DNA of 64,000 nt from Amphiscolops sp. MND2022 (taxonomy: Eukaryota). The stretch covers positions 44,456,001 to 44,520,000 of the forward strand of contig OZ076409.1 of the NCBI GenBank assembly GCA_964187785.1, read 5' to 3'. Position 1 is the stretch's first letter. Every line of letters starts with the position of its first letter. The notes beneath the pieces were generated by a model. It had not been told where the DNA came from. It made no database searches and saw only the letters and a list, made by a program, of their open reading frames with translations. The translations under genes were made by a program, and so were the position numbers. Below are positions 12,579-25,500 of this stretch, in pieces.

Positions 12579-13499
12579 ATGGCAGATGTCAGGAAACGAA
12601 GTGACGTTGAAAACAATGACAATTCCAACCAGCCAGAGTTCCAGGAGTATGTACCAAGCGACAATACAGATTCTGATGAATCGTATCGAGCCCCACCAGC
12701 GAACACTTCGCCAAAGAGAGATCTCCTTGGAAGGGTGACAGTACAACCTTTTTGGAATACATCCGTTCAAGAAGTCACCCAGTGCCCGTACAACATCAAT
12801 GGGGACACAATCTTAATGTTGGACAAACTAATTAGGACATATGATCAATGTCGATGGGGAAAGCAGTCGGCAACGACAATGAAAAAATTAAAAATCATTT
12901 TCTGGAAATACATTTTACCAAAATTCGGTAGCCTGTTCTGTTCCAATTTATCGTGCTCCTATCGAACAGAATTCAATTGGATTAACACGTCGATGCTTGG
13001 GCGAAAATTTTACTGTCGCGAGTGTTAGAAAAAGGTGGAGACCAAAAAATGCAATGCCAGACGATATGTTGGAAAGACCGCTAACAATATCATAATTGCT
13101 TATTACGGCGAGCACGATTGCGATCCAAGCAATGTGAAGCCCAAAAAAGCCCTTTCTCAAAACGACCACGACTATTTGTCGACTCAGTTTGCTGACAATT
13201 CGCAATTGACACCCGCCGTTGCTCTTTCAAAGTTAATCGGTCGAACAGTGCTGTCAGAAGACTTCGGTGCTGCTGTCGCTCAAGCAGAATCAGTGGAAAG
13301 AGCAAACATCAGGCGCATAAAATCCCAATCACGCACTCATAGTACTCTAAACAATGTAAGAGAACTGAAAGTAAAACTGGATTTCGAGGACAACTGTTTG
13401 ATTCACTATATAGCTGATGGCAGCGTTGTGACAAGCTCCACGCTGCGTGTTCAATTGAAAATATGCCAGCCCGACAGTTTGGTTTCTGGATGTTTTTAG
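12579..13499 (+). pseudogene. MULE transposase N-terminal region with a GCM/WRKY-like Zn-binding domain
   Basis: ORFs 12579-13028 and 13035-13499 are in the same frame, separated by one TAG. Pattern 'RWG...GSLFCSNLSC...CREC...CNARR...YYGEHDC'. Truncated by a HINE insertion at ~13494; no DDE core seen. Confidence 0.65.
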
Positions 13500-14047
13500 T
13501 CGGCGCATTTTAGTAGAAAATGTGCCCGACTATTACAGTGGGTAGTTTTTTTTAGACACGAAAGGTCCACTTTTTTGTTCATTTGTTCAACAACCTCAAA
13601 CTTCAACAACTTCAAACCTCAACAACTCCAACCTCAGAAGCGCGTCCAAAACGAAAAGAAAAAACAAAACAGACGTCCACAACCTCGAAAACAGGCGTGG
13701 CCATATGGCACGTCGCTCCGCTTCGCTTCGCTCCTGTATTTAGGTAACTAGTGGTATGTGAACATATTTGACGGGACATTTGGGCGACATTATTGTCGCC
13801 GAAATGGGCTGAAATTTCTGTCGTCCAAATGGCTGGTGACGAAATGTCCCTGCCCCGACCTTAAATGCCCAATACTTGATGAGAATAATTGATATAATCT
13901 TTAAAAGTGCTATATTGTAACACTTTATTTATATGAATGCATAAAGTTCAGCTTAATTCAATAATTTTTGCTGTAGCGACCTGTACATTCAATTTATAAG
14001 GTTGTTGTACAATCACTAAATGATTACAGGACAGAACAACTGCCACA

Positions 14048-14752
14048 CTAAAAAACGTAGTTCAGCGTGTGGCTTCTAAATTCGTCACGCGTGTTGAGGT
14101 TGGGCTTCTTTCTACGAATGAGTACAGCTTCAAGTGCCAATAGGGTTTTGGGATGCTGTTCGGTTGCCAGTATTCGCACGTCTTCCAAGCTCAAATTCAA
14201 TCCACAATTGGAGAAGTGTTGGCCCACTGGCGTGCTTTTGTTCTTGTGTTCACGTATTCGGACGTCTAAATGTCGGATGGTTTGTCCAACATAGGTTCCA
14301 CAGCAAGCAGAACAACTTATTTCGTATACAAGATGACTCCGAATAGGTTTAGGAACAATTGCTTTCAGGCTGGGCAAGTTCGACATCAATTTCGTTGTGG
14401 TAAAGTAGACATTGAGTGATGCCAATGGTTCTAGGGTCTTCTTCAGATTCTTGGCAAAGGTAATGGATGACGGCCCATTGTACATTAACTTTAAACCGAT
14501 GTTCAAATCAGCCTTCGGACGATTCGGCTTCACAGGAAGACCACTCTTCACCGGTGCCAAAATGTTGTCCAAGGTGTGACTGGTAATTTTTTCAATAAAA
14601 CCGGTGGGATATTGATTGTCACGTAAAATCTTCTGTGCTTTCTTCAGTCCATCGTGAAATCTAGACCACGAAGAGCATGTATTGAAAATGCGATGTACGA
14701 AACCTGATACGATGCCAGACTTGAAAATGTTTTTCAATTTATAAGGTTCCAA
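14048..14752 (-). mobile_element. Penelope-like element 3' fragment (RT C-terminus plus GIY-YIG endonuclease)
   Basis: 234-aa open frame with 'LRDNQYP', 'LVYEISCSACCGTYVGQTIRHLDVRIREH' and 'LEAVLIRRKKPNLN', the typical PLE GIY-YIG layout. Confidence 0.9.
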
Positions 14753-15110
14753 GTTTCGTCTAAAACCAGATCTAGTTTTCGTCTAAAACCATAGTTTTAA
14801 TCTATGTCATCGTTAATTGTCTCAATTTACAGTTTTCTGACTATTAGTTTTGCTAATTGTTTCAAAATTTAATTTACCTAGTCGATTTTCCTGAAAAACC
14901 TAGTAAATTTTCCACCCAGTAACGATTTATTAATTAAATTACACCCAGTTAATTTTTACCTAGTCAACTAGTTGATTTCTCACACTCGATAGTGGCTGGG
15001 GTTCCCTACTTTCGTTGCAGACCACGGGTGTGTGTCTTCTCCCCCAACATGATGATACACGTGGAGCTTGATTGATGACGAAGATCCATGATATCTGATA
15101 GAGGAAAAAA

Positions 15111-15594
15111 GAACGCGTTTCGAGAATAAACTCATCATCAACTGAAAAATAAATAAAATAAAACATGGAATTTAAAAATTTAAAACCAATTTGAAAATAT
15201 CAGTAAAAGAGGGGAATGTTACCAAAAATGTGTGCTATGGAATGTGTTAGACAGTGTTGGCCCTGTAACAAAATTACACGACTACAACGAAGCTCGCGTG
15301 GTTGACAAGTGCCGAGATATCCAAAAATTGCCCACACTCGAGGCCCTATATATAAACTAGAAGCGCTCGGGGCTTAATCAAAGAGAGGAATACCGTCAGC
15401 GCCTACTCACGATCAAGTTGTAGTCTTGTAATACTGTTACATTGCCAACACTGTCTTACACATTCCATCGCACACATATATTTTTGGTAACATTCCCCCC
15501 TTTTTACTGGTATTTTTGAATGGGTAAAATTCTATTTGTTTTATTTCATATATTTTCCAGTTGCTGATGATGAGTTTATTCTCCAAACGCGTTC
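15111..15594. repeat. ~190-bp inverted repeat with hammerhead-ribozyme-like termini (PLE pseudo-LTR-like)
   Basis: 15111-15300 is an imperfect reverse complement of 15405-15594. CTGATGA-tgagtttattctc-(c/g)AAACGCGTTC core at 15564-15594 (+) and 15144-15111 (-). A related tail is duplicated at 5297-5397. Confidence 0.6.
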
Positions 15595-16118
15595 AATAGA
15601 GTTTTAACATTGATCTTGTTAGTTTCATATGTACTGTGTCCCTTCTCGAAATCCTTCCGGATGACTTTCGATCAAATCCTTCCGACACCCTGTACATCTC
15701 GAAACCTTATATCAACAATATTTTTCCTTCTTACTTTCTCACAGGAGAATTGAAATGTGACAGTGTCAAAATGTAGCCGAAAACTAAGTACAACGTCAAA
15801 TTTGCTCCTATTAAAACCGAATGCATTACGAAGTGCAATATAGCAACCACAACTTCGGTTTTTAGTCTAGGCGAACTGCTGAGATGTCGGAGCTGTAGTG
15901 TAATGATCAGCATGTTGTCACGTCGAAAACTTATTTTGTTGGAAAAATTTTCAAAATTTTGCAACGCTGTAGTCGTGTGATTTCGATTTCGAGCTTTAAA
16001 AAGCATGGAGAAGTTTGTCAATATAAACAAATGAAATACAAATGTAAAGTGAGCGAAACAAAAGTTAGCAAAATAGCTCGATGTTTTTCGGACAAGCTTC
16101 GCTGTTTTTCAGTTGTGA

Positions 16119-19100
16119 ATGAGCTTCATGAGGGCATCACAGTTGCTCTCGAGAACTTTCAGGCTGGTTAGTAACTATCTCTTAATATTGGTTACTCTTA
16201 GATTTTTCCTCATCTGCATTACTTGCTTCAGTGTTCTCGAAGACAATGTGCCAGTTTATCTGCCTTAATTAGACATGATACACGTCCCTGTCGACAATCT
16301 CAGCCTTTGACAAAGTTTTGCGGGCAAGTGAAGCTTATGTGTTCCAAAGCTGAACCTCGAGGTACGGTTTACATTCTTCCGGCTAAACGATTTTTTTTCT
16401 AATAAAAGAATATCTTTCGACTTTCGTAATAGACCTGAACCGTAATGTTCAATTTCGGTATCGGTTTGTTATGCGTTCTCACATTTTTCTTCTGTATTAT
16501 GTATCTTCGAGATAATCGGCCTTAGGCAGTTTCAATTTTGTAGAGGCTGAAATAATTGATGAATCAGTGGACGATAATCCATCCAGAATGGTGAATGACC
16601 AGCGGACAATAATTACGGACAACGAAACATTTCATGGCGAAAGCGAGCACAAGTCCTTTGTTGCTGAAACTCAACGACTGCTTCAAATAGTTGCGCAATC
16701 TCTTTACTCCGACAATGAAGTGAGATTTAGTATTTAACTACAGTAAACCCTCGATTATCCGCCACCATCGGTCCAGCGCGAATTATGGCGGATAAGTGAG
16801 AGTGCCGGTTAATCAAGGGAGCTTAGACACGGGTGGTATAGCAAAATGTCCCCGTAGATTTGTGGCGGTTGACCAAAGGTGGCGGATAATCGAGTGGCGG
16901 TTAATCGAGGGTTTACTGTACTTAATTGTTGAATATCGGCTGAATATTATGCACTCGTTTCTTAACCACCAATGTGATTCGGGCGTTATACGCGGATGTT
17001 AATTTGTTACTACTTTTACAGGTTTTCGTACGTGAATTGGTTTCGAATGCATGTGATGCTTTGGAGAAGCAAAGAATTTTTTCACTGACTCAAAGATCTG
17101 ACAGACAGTTTGCTCCCCTGGAAATACACATTAAGACAGATGACGTCAGAGGACAACTGATCATTCAAGACACAGGCATTGGAATGACTCGGGATGAGGT
17201 TGTCGACAATATTGGAACAATTGCTAAATCGGGTTCTAAAGAGTTCGTGGAAAAAATGGAAAAGAAGGCTGTGAATGTCGCGAAGGATGCTATTATTGGT
17301 CAATTTGGAGTTGGTTTTTACTCCGCATTCATGGTCGCGAAGAAAGTTGAAGTTTTCACCAAGTCCAACACGGTGTGTAAATGATTCATTAATGCTATTT
17401 GTTGTTTTTCCTCGATTTGAAAACAAATCTTAGTTGTTAATCATCCATCTTGTGAATGAACTTTTAGATATTGGCAAGTATGAAACCCTTGCCGAACCCA
17501 GTTAGAAAATTTGAGCAATTATCTTGCCGACTCAAAGCATCCGTATAGATCTCTTAGGTTCGGGAAAGATGAGAGATTAATGACTTCTGCACTTGATATT
17601 GGTTTTCATTCAAAGTTGGTTTTTCACACAGCATTCGGGTTTTAAGATTGCTTCAAATGTTCCATTGTAGATTTTTCAAATATGATCGTTCGGAACAGAT
17701 GTGGAAACATAATTCATGTTATGACGTTATGTTTCCGTTGAGACAAAATGTTTTAGTATCCTGATGAACAAGGAAGCTATTGGTTATCTGAAGGAAAAGA
17801 TTCTTTCATCCTTAGAGATGCTTCCAATGTGCAGCCTGGAACGAAACTTGTTCTTACTCTGAAAGAAGAATGTATGAAATTTGCACAGGAGACAGTAGTG
17901 AAAGACATTCTCTCCAAGTTCGCTTCCTTTTTTGACAAGCCTATATTTTTGAATGGTTCTAAATTGCAGTCCAGTGATCCTATATGGGTGAAACCTCAGC
18001 CAACGGAAGAGGAGCTGATTGGGTTTTACCAAACAATTGTCAATTCTAGCTCGGAGCCTCGATTTACTTTGCAGTACAAGACAGACGTTCCTCTCAATAT
18101 GCGATGTATCCTTTTTGTTCCAGGTAAGTTTTTTGAGATGAAAATACTTCGAATGCCTTTCAGGACATTTTTGTTGTCGGCATAACTGCATTCATCAGAA
18201 ATTGATAATGATCAGTTTCAAATTATACTTTTGTTTTTGCTTTTTGTTAATTAAGTACATTGTTTTCGATTATGATGATAGAAAAATACCAATGTTATTG
18301 CACATGACGAAGTCAATGTGCATTGCAGTCCAGCTAAGAAAGTTTTTTTTCCACAATAGCCAACTTCATAATAAGCGCCTTTTAGAGAAAAGCCAAAACC
18401 CCAGAGAGATTCGAACCTGCAGCCTCCCGATTGCGCGGCATAAGTGTTAACCACTGTGCCATAAGGACGTTATTGAATAAAGTTGAACTGTTGAATATAT
18501 ACGCATGCGATTAAAATAATATATATACGCATATTAAAATAATCGTTGTCTTCGTCATGTGTTGCGAAGCACCGCTTCGCCTCTGTGTTTGAAATATCTG
18601 TCTTTCAGGAGAATCTTACAACATGTTTTCTGCTTTGACTCCTAAAGATAGTGGCGCTGACGTGTCTCTTTATTCAAGGAAAGTATTAATCCTGAAGCGA
18701 GTGGATGCCAAAATTTTACCTGATTGGGCCAGATTCCTCAAGGGAGTTGTTGACAGCGAAGATATTCCTTTAAACCTTAGTCGTGAAATCTTACAGAACT
18801 CAGACTTGCTCTTCAAAATGAAGCGCACTTTGTCTGCCAGAATTATCAAGTTTTTGCTTGAAAAATACAAGAGGAATAAAGAAGCATATGCTTATTTCTA
18901 CAAAGATTACGGGGATTTCATTAGAGAAGGGGTTTTGAGTTTGATGGGCGACAAAGTAGAGCAAGAAGAGCTCATGAAGTTGATGTTATTCCAAAGCAGC
19001 AAACTGCCACCCAACGAGTTTTGCAATATTGAAAGGTTCGTGGCAGTATCCATAATAAAATTTTTGTATGGTTTTAATACGTGGTTTGTCAGCGCTTTCT

Positions 19101-21251
19101 GTAAGTAATACCCTACTATAGCATTCGACTCTTTGTTTCAGTGGTGGAGGGTTCTCATCCAGCATAGGACGAAAAATTTCCCATGTCATTTTTATTTAAC
19201 CACCATATGAATTTTTCGATTTTTTCTTTTTCAGTCTAGGAAAAGCTTTGGACGATCCAAAAGTCTCCTTATGACATTCTCTTACTTTGCATAATTTTCG
19301 ATTTTTTGCTTACAAATTTGCGTTTTTTGTTTTCACTTAATGAAAAGGTTTTGTCAGTAACTTTCCTCGAACATATTTAAAAGGCTTTGTTATTTACGAG
19401 CCTTAAGCAGAATTAAACATAATGAACAGCTTTGAGCCGATCATTGCTGGATCATTTGATCACAAATATGGTTTTGTTGCTTGCTGAAAGGAAATCCGAA
19501 AGGGCGCTGGCTTAAAAAACGACCATCTATTTATTCGGCGTTCGCTTGGACAAAATTGATCAATAACCGGGTTTTTGTTTAGCTACGTGGAAAGAATGAA
19601 GCCGGGCCAACGTGAAATTTATTACCTTTGCGCGCCCAGCCGTGAGTTAGCTGAAACATCGCCATACATGGAGACTATTTCTGCGTCCGAAAAAGACTAC
19701 GAAGTGTTGTATGCTCTAAGGCCTTTTGATGACATCACTCTCAGCCAAAGTTTCGAGTTCAAGGGCAACCGCATAATAAGCGTGGAAAGTGCAAAGTTCG
19801 CTAAAGCTGATTCTAAATCGAAGCAAGATTCTGGTAAGAGAAACTTGGAATTGCTTTTGAACCCCATATGACAACCATTTAATTTATTCCTCAAGCTGCC
19901 TCAAGAATTTATTTATTCCTCAAGAATAAATTCCTCAAGCTGCCGACGACATTTCAATTCTCGTGCGAGTGGTAATTATACATTCGTACGCTGACGTCAT
20001 TGAGATGAAGCGAGCGAATGTTCGTAATTATGCTTTCGTGCGCCGATTTATTGAGATGAAGCGAATGAGTGTCAATTATACCTTCGCGGAGAGCTTCGTC
20101 TGCATTCAAATACGAATGCGAAATTTCGTCTACGCTTAGTAGTCATATTTGCTTTAGTCCGAGATTTAAAGGCGGTATAAACTGGTACAGTGATTATTTG
20201 CGCGCTAAATAAGGAATAAAGAGGAGTGTATTGGTATTCCAGATATGATTCTATTATTAATGAGAATAATTTATAATTAAGTTTAAAGCAGAAATGATAG
20301 TGTGCTCCGGAGGGGCCTATTTTTAATAACGGGCATTTATTGAAACCCGTTTCTAAACTTGATATCCACCTTAAAATCTACGTGTATTCACCCCATAGAA
20401 TCTTGAAAATTGATTCAATGTTTGGAGTACCGTGGAAGCCGCTTATATGGGACGCCTCGGGTATCCTTGTCTACTATATCCGTTGTCTCATATCAGTAGT
20501 ACAATTGACCGGGCCAGGGGACCGAAATATGCGTGCCAATTAAGCGTTGTCTCTTATACGCGTGTTCCATTTAAGCGGCTTACACTATTACTTACAATCT
20601 AACAAATTTAAATGAATATTCTTGATGTGAAAAAGGCCTATGATAAATTAAAATTCGACGATGTACATCATCTGTTTCTCAATTACTTGTACTGTTTTAT
20701 TCGCCACAGCAAAAAGTGAACAAAAATCAAATTTCTTCCTTTAGTTAAACTGAATAATCAATTTCATGACAAAAATTGCTACCTCTTCTGACATGAATAC
20801 AAGCGTTATGATAAATGAAGTTTTCGTTACTGTTTTAGAATCTTCCGATCAGCAAGACGAAGAAAAATCATCGGCCGAACTCGTGTCTCATTTCCAACAA
20901 GTATTATCTGGTTTAGTGCACGAGGTGAAAGTATCCAATGTCGACTTCAAAGCCCCCGCCATCATTCGCAATTTCGACATGAGCATGTCAAGACATATGC
21001 TTCTCACGGCGCTCTCTGATAAAACGGAAGAAGAGAAGCTGAAATTTTTGCATGCTGAGTTGGAGTTGAATCCTTTTCACCCAGTCGTGAAGAAAGTGAT
21101 TGAGCTGAAAGAAAGTGACGCAGAATTGAGTAAAATTCTGGCGAGACAGATTTTGGACAATTCTTTGGTCGCAGCTGGTCTTACCACTGATTCCAGACTG
21201 TTAATGAAACGTTTAGACTCCTTGTTGACTAAAGTTGCTGAAAAATTGTAA
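16119..21251 (+). CDS. TRAP1: Heat shock protein 75 kDa, mitochondrial (TRAP1, HSP90 family), 8 exons, ~730 aa
   Basis: Phase-consistent GT-AG exons: 16119-16166, 16202-16361, 16544-16719, 17022-17372, 17757-18123, 18609-19035, 19583-19833, 20839-21251. Motifs [73 protein letters not shown]. Arg/Ser-rich presequence; no charged linker and no MEEVD/KDEL tail. Confidence 0.95.
16741..16918. mobile_element. Tc1/mariner-pogo type MITE in TRAP1 intron 3
   Basis: TA|cagtaaaccctcgatta...taatcgagggtttactg|TA: TIRs with a TA TSD. Confidence 0.9.
19925..20319 (+). repeat. Dispersed ~400-bp repeat ending in a GC hairpin (gccccggaggggc), possibly Helitron/Helentron-derived
   Basis: Similar copies at ~28650-29070 and ~35855-36282; partial copies at ~27100-27260 and ~31105-31331. 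Confidence 0.65.
20430..20587. mobile_element. pogo/Tigger-like MITE in TRAP1 intron 7
   Basis: Imperfect TIRs gtggaagccgcttatatgg / ccatttaagcggcttacac; TA at the left boundary. Confidence 0.65.
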
Positions 21252-22587
21252 CCTGTTTTTTGAAAGATATCCATTTATTTGGCTACAAATTGAATTTGCT
21301 CTGTTTAGACCCTTTTTCGTTTCCTAGGTCGCCGAGCCTGCCGTTTATCTATAGGCGTTGAGTGCATAGAATTGAATCCAATTAAATCCAGGCCGATAAA
21401 TTGTTGGTATTTTTGAACTTCTACGAGTTTGTGGTGGACGTGATCATCTCTCAATTTTGTCACCCCTTTGTCTTGAAACGCTGGAAACTCACTTTTTTTC
21501 AGTAGCAGCATGGCGCTGCCTGCTCTTCAGCTAGCTCGCATTGTTAACTCTGATAGCAAGTATCAAAATATATATAAACAAGATTTTTTTCGGAACCTAT
21601 TTCGGAAGAAAGTGTCATGGTAGAACATGAGAGTAGAGTCGAACGTAAAAAGAATTTTCTCTGGCGCTTCTCGCTATAACCTGTGTGTTTTAGCATAATT
21701 CACCAGAAAAATTGTGAGTGATTTTTATTCACAACTAAAATGACATTATAATTATACTTATCAGAATTAACCTCTTTTTCTAAAATGCATTTCCCAGAAA
21801 ATATTTTGCATTAAAATTTTCTGACAACCAAACTCTCCATTCCTTCTGTAGTGAATATTGACCGAAATGTTCACTATTATCATTCTTAGTTCAGAGATCA
21901 GTTCCAAAAAATTGAAATTAAATTACGCTCTAGTTTTCAACATTCAAGTGAAAAGGTCTACTCCTTTCTAGTCGACTTTTCGGAAGAAAACAGACAGTAG
22001 CAGTTTTTTAACGACCACTCGATTTTACAGATTCCATAAATCCTCTGTAGTGTTCGTCATTTGCCGCTTGGTCTAGTGCTTAACGTGCATGGCTGAGGTG
22101 CAGGACTTTTGTGGACTCAATTCTGCGGTGGTTATTTTTCGTTTGGAAAGGTGAACTAGATCAAAGGGTCCCCACTTGTGTTTTTCGGCGCTATGTAACT
22201 TCTCTCGAAAAAAACGTTTCATTTCACCAATAGACCTTTGTGTTTTTTGATGGTTTTAGCAAGAAAAAGCGTTTCGTGAGCTCAAAGTGTCCCCTTTGGG
22301 TTTTTCAGCGCTGTAACACTTCAAAAAAAAGTTTTCAGTTGAGGAAAATGTCTTTCAAGTCTCAACGGTGCCTCCGGGTATTTTTCGGTACTGTGAGATT
22401 GATGAGTTTTCCCAATAATAGTTCTCGAGCATACCTAAAAGACTTGGTTCTTATAAAGGCTTAAGCGGGGCGCCGAGTTTGGCCATTCCTGGCTTATTCA
22501 ATTAACAAAACCTTTTTAGTTTAAGCTACTATACGAAAGTATGTTTCCATCTGAAACCATATTCAGGAAAAGATGATATAACTTGCA

Positions 22588-25500
22588 ATGTCAGAATTGG
22601 AGAATCAAGAAAAGTTGGTTATGGCTGAAACTATTGAAGTAATCGACGAGTCAGTTTCTGAAAATATCACGGAGGAAAACCTGAATGACGAAAATGTCGT
22701 AGGTGAGTTGAATTGTACTCGTATTGGTTTCTTCACAATGGCAAAAGACATGGGCGTCCGGTATAATTCTAGTTATTGAATGAAAACTTTTTGCCGTTGA
22801 TGAAAAATGGGTCGAGTTTATCAAGATCATTCGAATATGTTGCTTGATTCAATTTTGTTGGATTAGAATTTTTATGCTTCAGAAAATGCACCAACGCCAC
22901 CTACACTTGAATTTTCTGAGCAGAGGAATGAACCTTCTGAAACAATGGAAGCCAATAACGAGTCAACTTACCATCTACCGGTGAAGTCACCTGGAATTGC
23001 CAGTAACGAAATGGCCGGAGAATCAGGTATTATCGAAGTTAGTATTACTCCAGTGCAATTAATCTCTACTAAACGCAAAATGACCTGAAGGCAATTTTGT
23101 ACAGATGCCAAATGCTGATGATAATCGCGGTGATGAAGAAGTTGATGACAACGAGCTTGTCGATGACGTAAATGAAGACGATGACGAGTTACAGGAATTA
23201 GGTGATGCAACAAACGAAGGAGTTCAGCAGAAGATATCCTCATTTCCGTTAGCTAAGATAAAGAAGATAATGAAATCTGACCCTGAAACACATCTCATAT
23301 CGAAAGAAGCCATTTTGCTTACAGCCAAAGCTACTGTTAGTTTCAACCTCGGTAGTTCATAGTCATTATGAATGCTACATGAGCGAGTCGGTCAATTTTT
23401 TGAGTTTATAGGAGTTATTTGTACGTGAGTTTGCATCGTTCTCATTTGAAGCTTTGAAGGATACCAAACGAAAGACAGTGAGCAAAAAGGAGTTTGGTTA
23501 GTAGGTTGATTATTAACCTATTTTTTTTCTAATTTTGGTCATTCGAGGATAAAAACCAGCGTGAGTCGGCGCGCCCCGCTCATTACTGAAAAAAGCAAAG
23601 CATTTCAAAATTTCGTACGGTCTGTTTTTGAGAAATTCCGATAAGTCTGACAGTGCCCGAAGTATTCACAAGGGGGCATTTGGTGTTATGCAGTTTTTCA
23701 AAGTCCAGGTACAACCGGGAACGGCATAAGTCGGCGCCATATTTTAAGGCTCAAAAATAGCACAAGGACTTCAAAGTGTCAAGTACTCTTTTACAGCACC
23801 CGAAAAACCCAAAAGTTGGGCCGAATTGGCGCGCTAAAAGGGGGGCTCTTTGGGATTTCTCATTTCTGTCGCAAAACATCAACAAAATTGGAGGGGGGAC
23901 CCTTTGAAGTCATTAAAATATTTTCAAAAAAAGCCCCTTAATGCCGAAAAAATGCAAGGGTGGTTCAGTTCGCTAGGCCAATTTGTTCGATTTGACACCA
24001 TAAAATTTCGTAGAACTTTTAAGAACTATTTTGGTCAGTTCGTGTGGATTGAAAAAAGCCACTAGTATAGTCGTGTTTCACTTCATGAAGCGCCGATTAA
24101 AAAAAATGTAAAATATTCATTTATTTTGTGTGCTTTGTGCGCTCTTCGAATCTTAGGCGTAAAATCCTAAAAGTGAACCATTCAGTGTGCGCTCTGTCAT
24201 TTGACACAGTTTCCTCTTTGAGTCGGGAACTTTTTTAAACAAAAAGCGCTGCCTCAAATAACCTAGTTTAGTCACTACAAAGTTCTCGTGTCAGTTCCTG
24301 AACATCGCTATCTAGTGTAAAACGTCTGAGTCAACGTAGGCGAATCAAAATTTGTCAGCCTAAGTAAAATAAGCTTAGTCGTGGCTGAAGTTTACATGTA
24401 TCTTTTTCTTCCTAAGGAATCCTTTGCTTTGTTGACTATAATTTTCACAGAATGCCTTGCATTCCCTTCCCTTGTAGTAACAAGCCGGAACCGGTCCAAG
24501 TCGGCGCCATATCTATGGCTCAAAAATGGCAAACGTGTCAAAGTATTCTCTTCTAGGGCACCCGAAAAATTTTTTGAAATAAGTCTCGCAATGCCGAAAA
24601 ATTGAAAGGGGGACCCTTGAGTCTTGTCCGGTATTGTATGTTACGCGGGAAACCTTTTTGGTTCAGTTCCTTGGGCCAACAGGTACAATTTGTCGTCTTC
24701 TTAAAATTTCGTAGAACTATTTTGGTCACTTCAGGTGTATCGAAAAGAAACACTGACGAAAAGCCATTACTATAGTCGATTCTTTTCTTAAGAAAAGCGC
24801 CGACTAAAAATGCCGTTTTATACTACCAATGAAACGCTTTTGCAGCTCAAACCTGTGATATTAATAACAAACACCTGTTTCAATATTTAGAGCCTCGATA
24901 GCTAAAATTCCATTTTAAGCGTATTTTCAGTCTGCGCATTCAGTAATGAAATGTGGTTTGACAGCTAAAGATAATTCAGCTATCGCCACCGCTAATTATC
25001 AGAAGCGTTAGATAGCTGTAGTTAAATTTTAATTTGAACAGCTAGAATTTTCATTTCTTTTAGTTTCTTGAACATTTTTAACACGATATACAAGAAGAGA
25101 AGCGGTCATAGGTCAAGGTCAAAACATAGAGACCCTCTTTGATTGTGTTGTCTAGAATTCTTAAAAAGAGAAGAGAAGTTAGTTTCCCTATTATCGCGGG
25201 GTGGACGCCGAATAAGCAGTTCTGCTTTTCTAAGTCGGCGTCCTTTCGGATACTATCTCCCCATACCGAGCTATGGTGCCATATTTGCAGCCATGTGGTC
25301 AAGCATGTGGTGGGCTTGAAGCTGTGGTTTCAAAGTGACTTGCTCAAGGTCACAAAGGTCTGACTGCTCACCGTTGCTCTTTTTATTTTGTTTTTCTCCG
25401 CTGCATGCGTTATTTTGTGTCACTGACCATACCACTAAGCTAGGGATGAAGGACTTGCTTAAGGACCAACAATGGTGAGTTGAGAGAGATTCGAACTTGA

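Larger units (their letters stand above)
12453..14987 (+). mobile_element. Mutator-like (MULE) DNA transposon, internally deleted
   Basis: Exact 9-bp TSD gatagtggc (12444-12452 / 14988-14996). GAG...CTC imperfect TIRs with ctaggt/ctgggt subterminal repeats. Internal Cys/His-rich ORF. Confidence 0.85.

Noticed and set aside
23027..23032. Donor GTATTA for POLE4 exon 2
   Set aside because: Puts exon 3 out of frame (immediate TGA); GTTAGT at 23038 preserves the frame.
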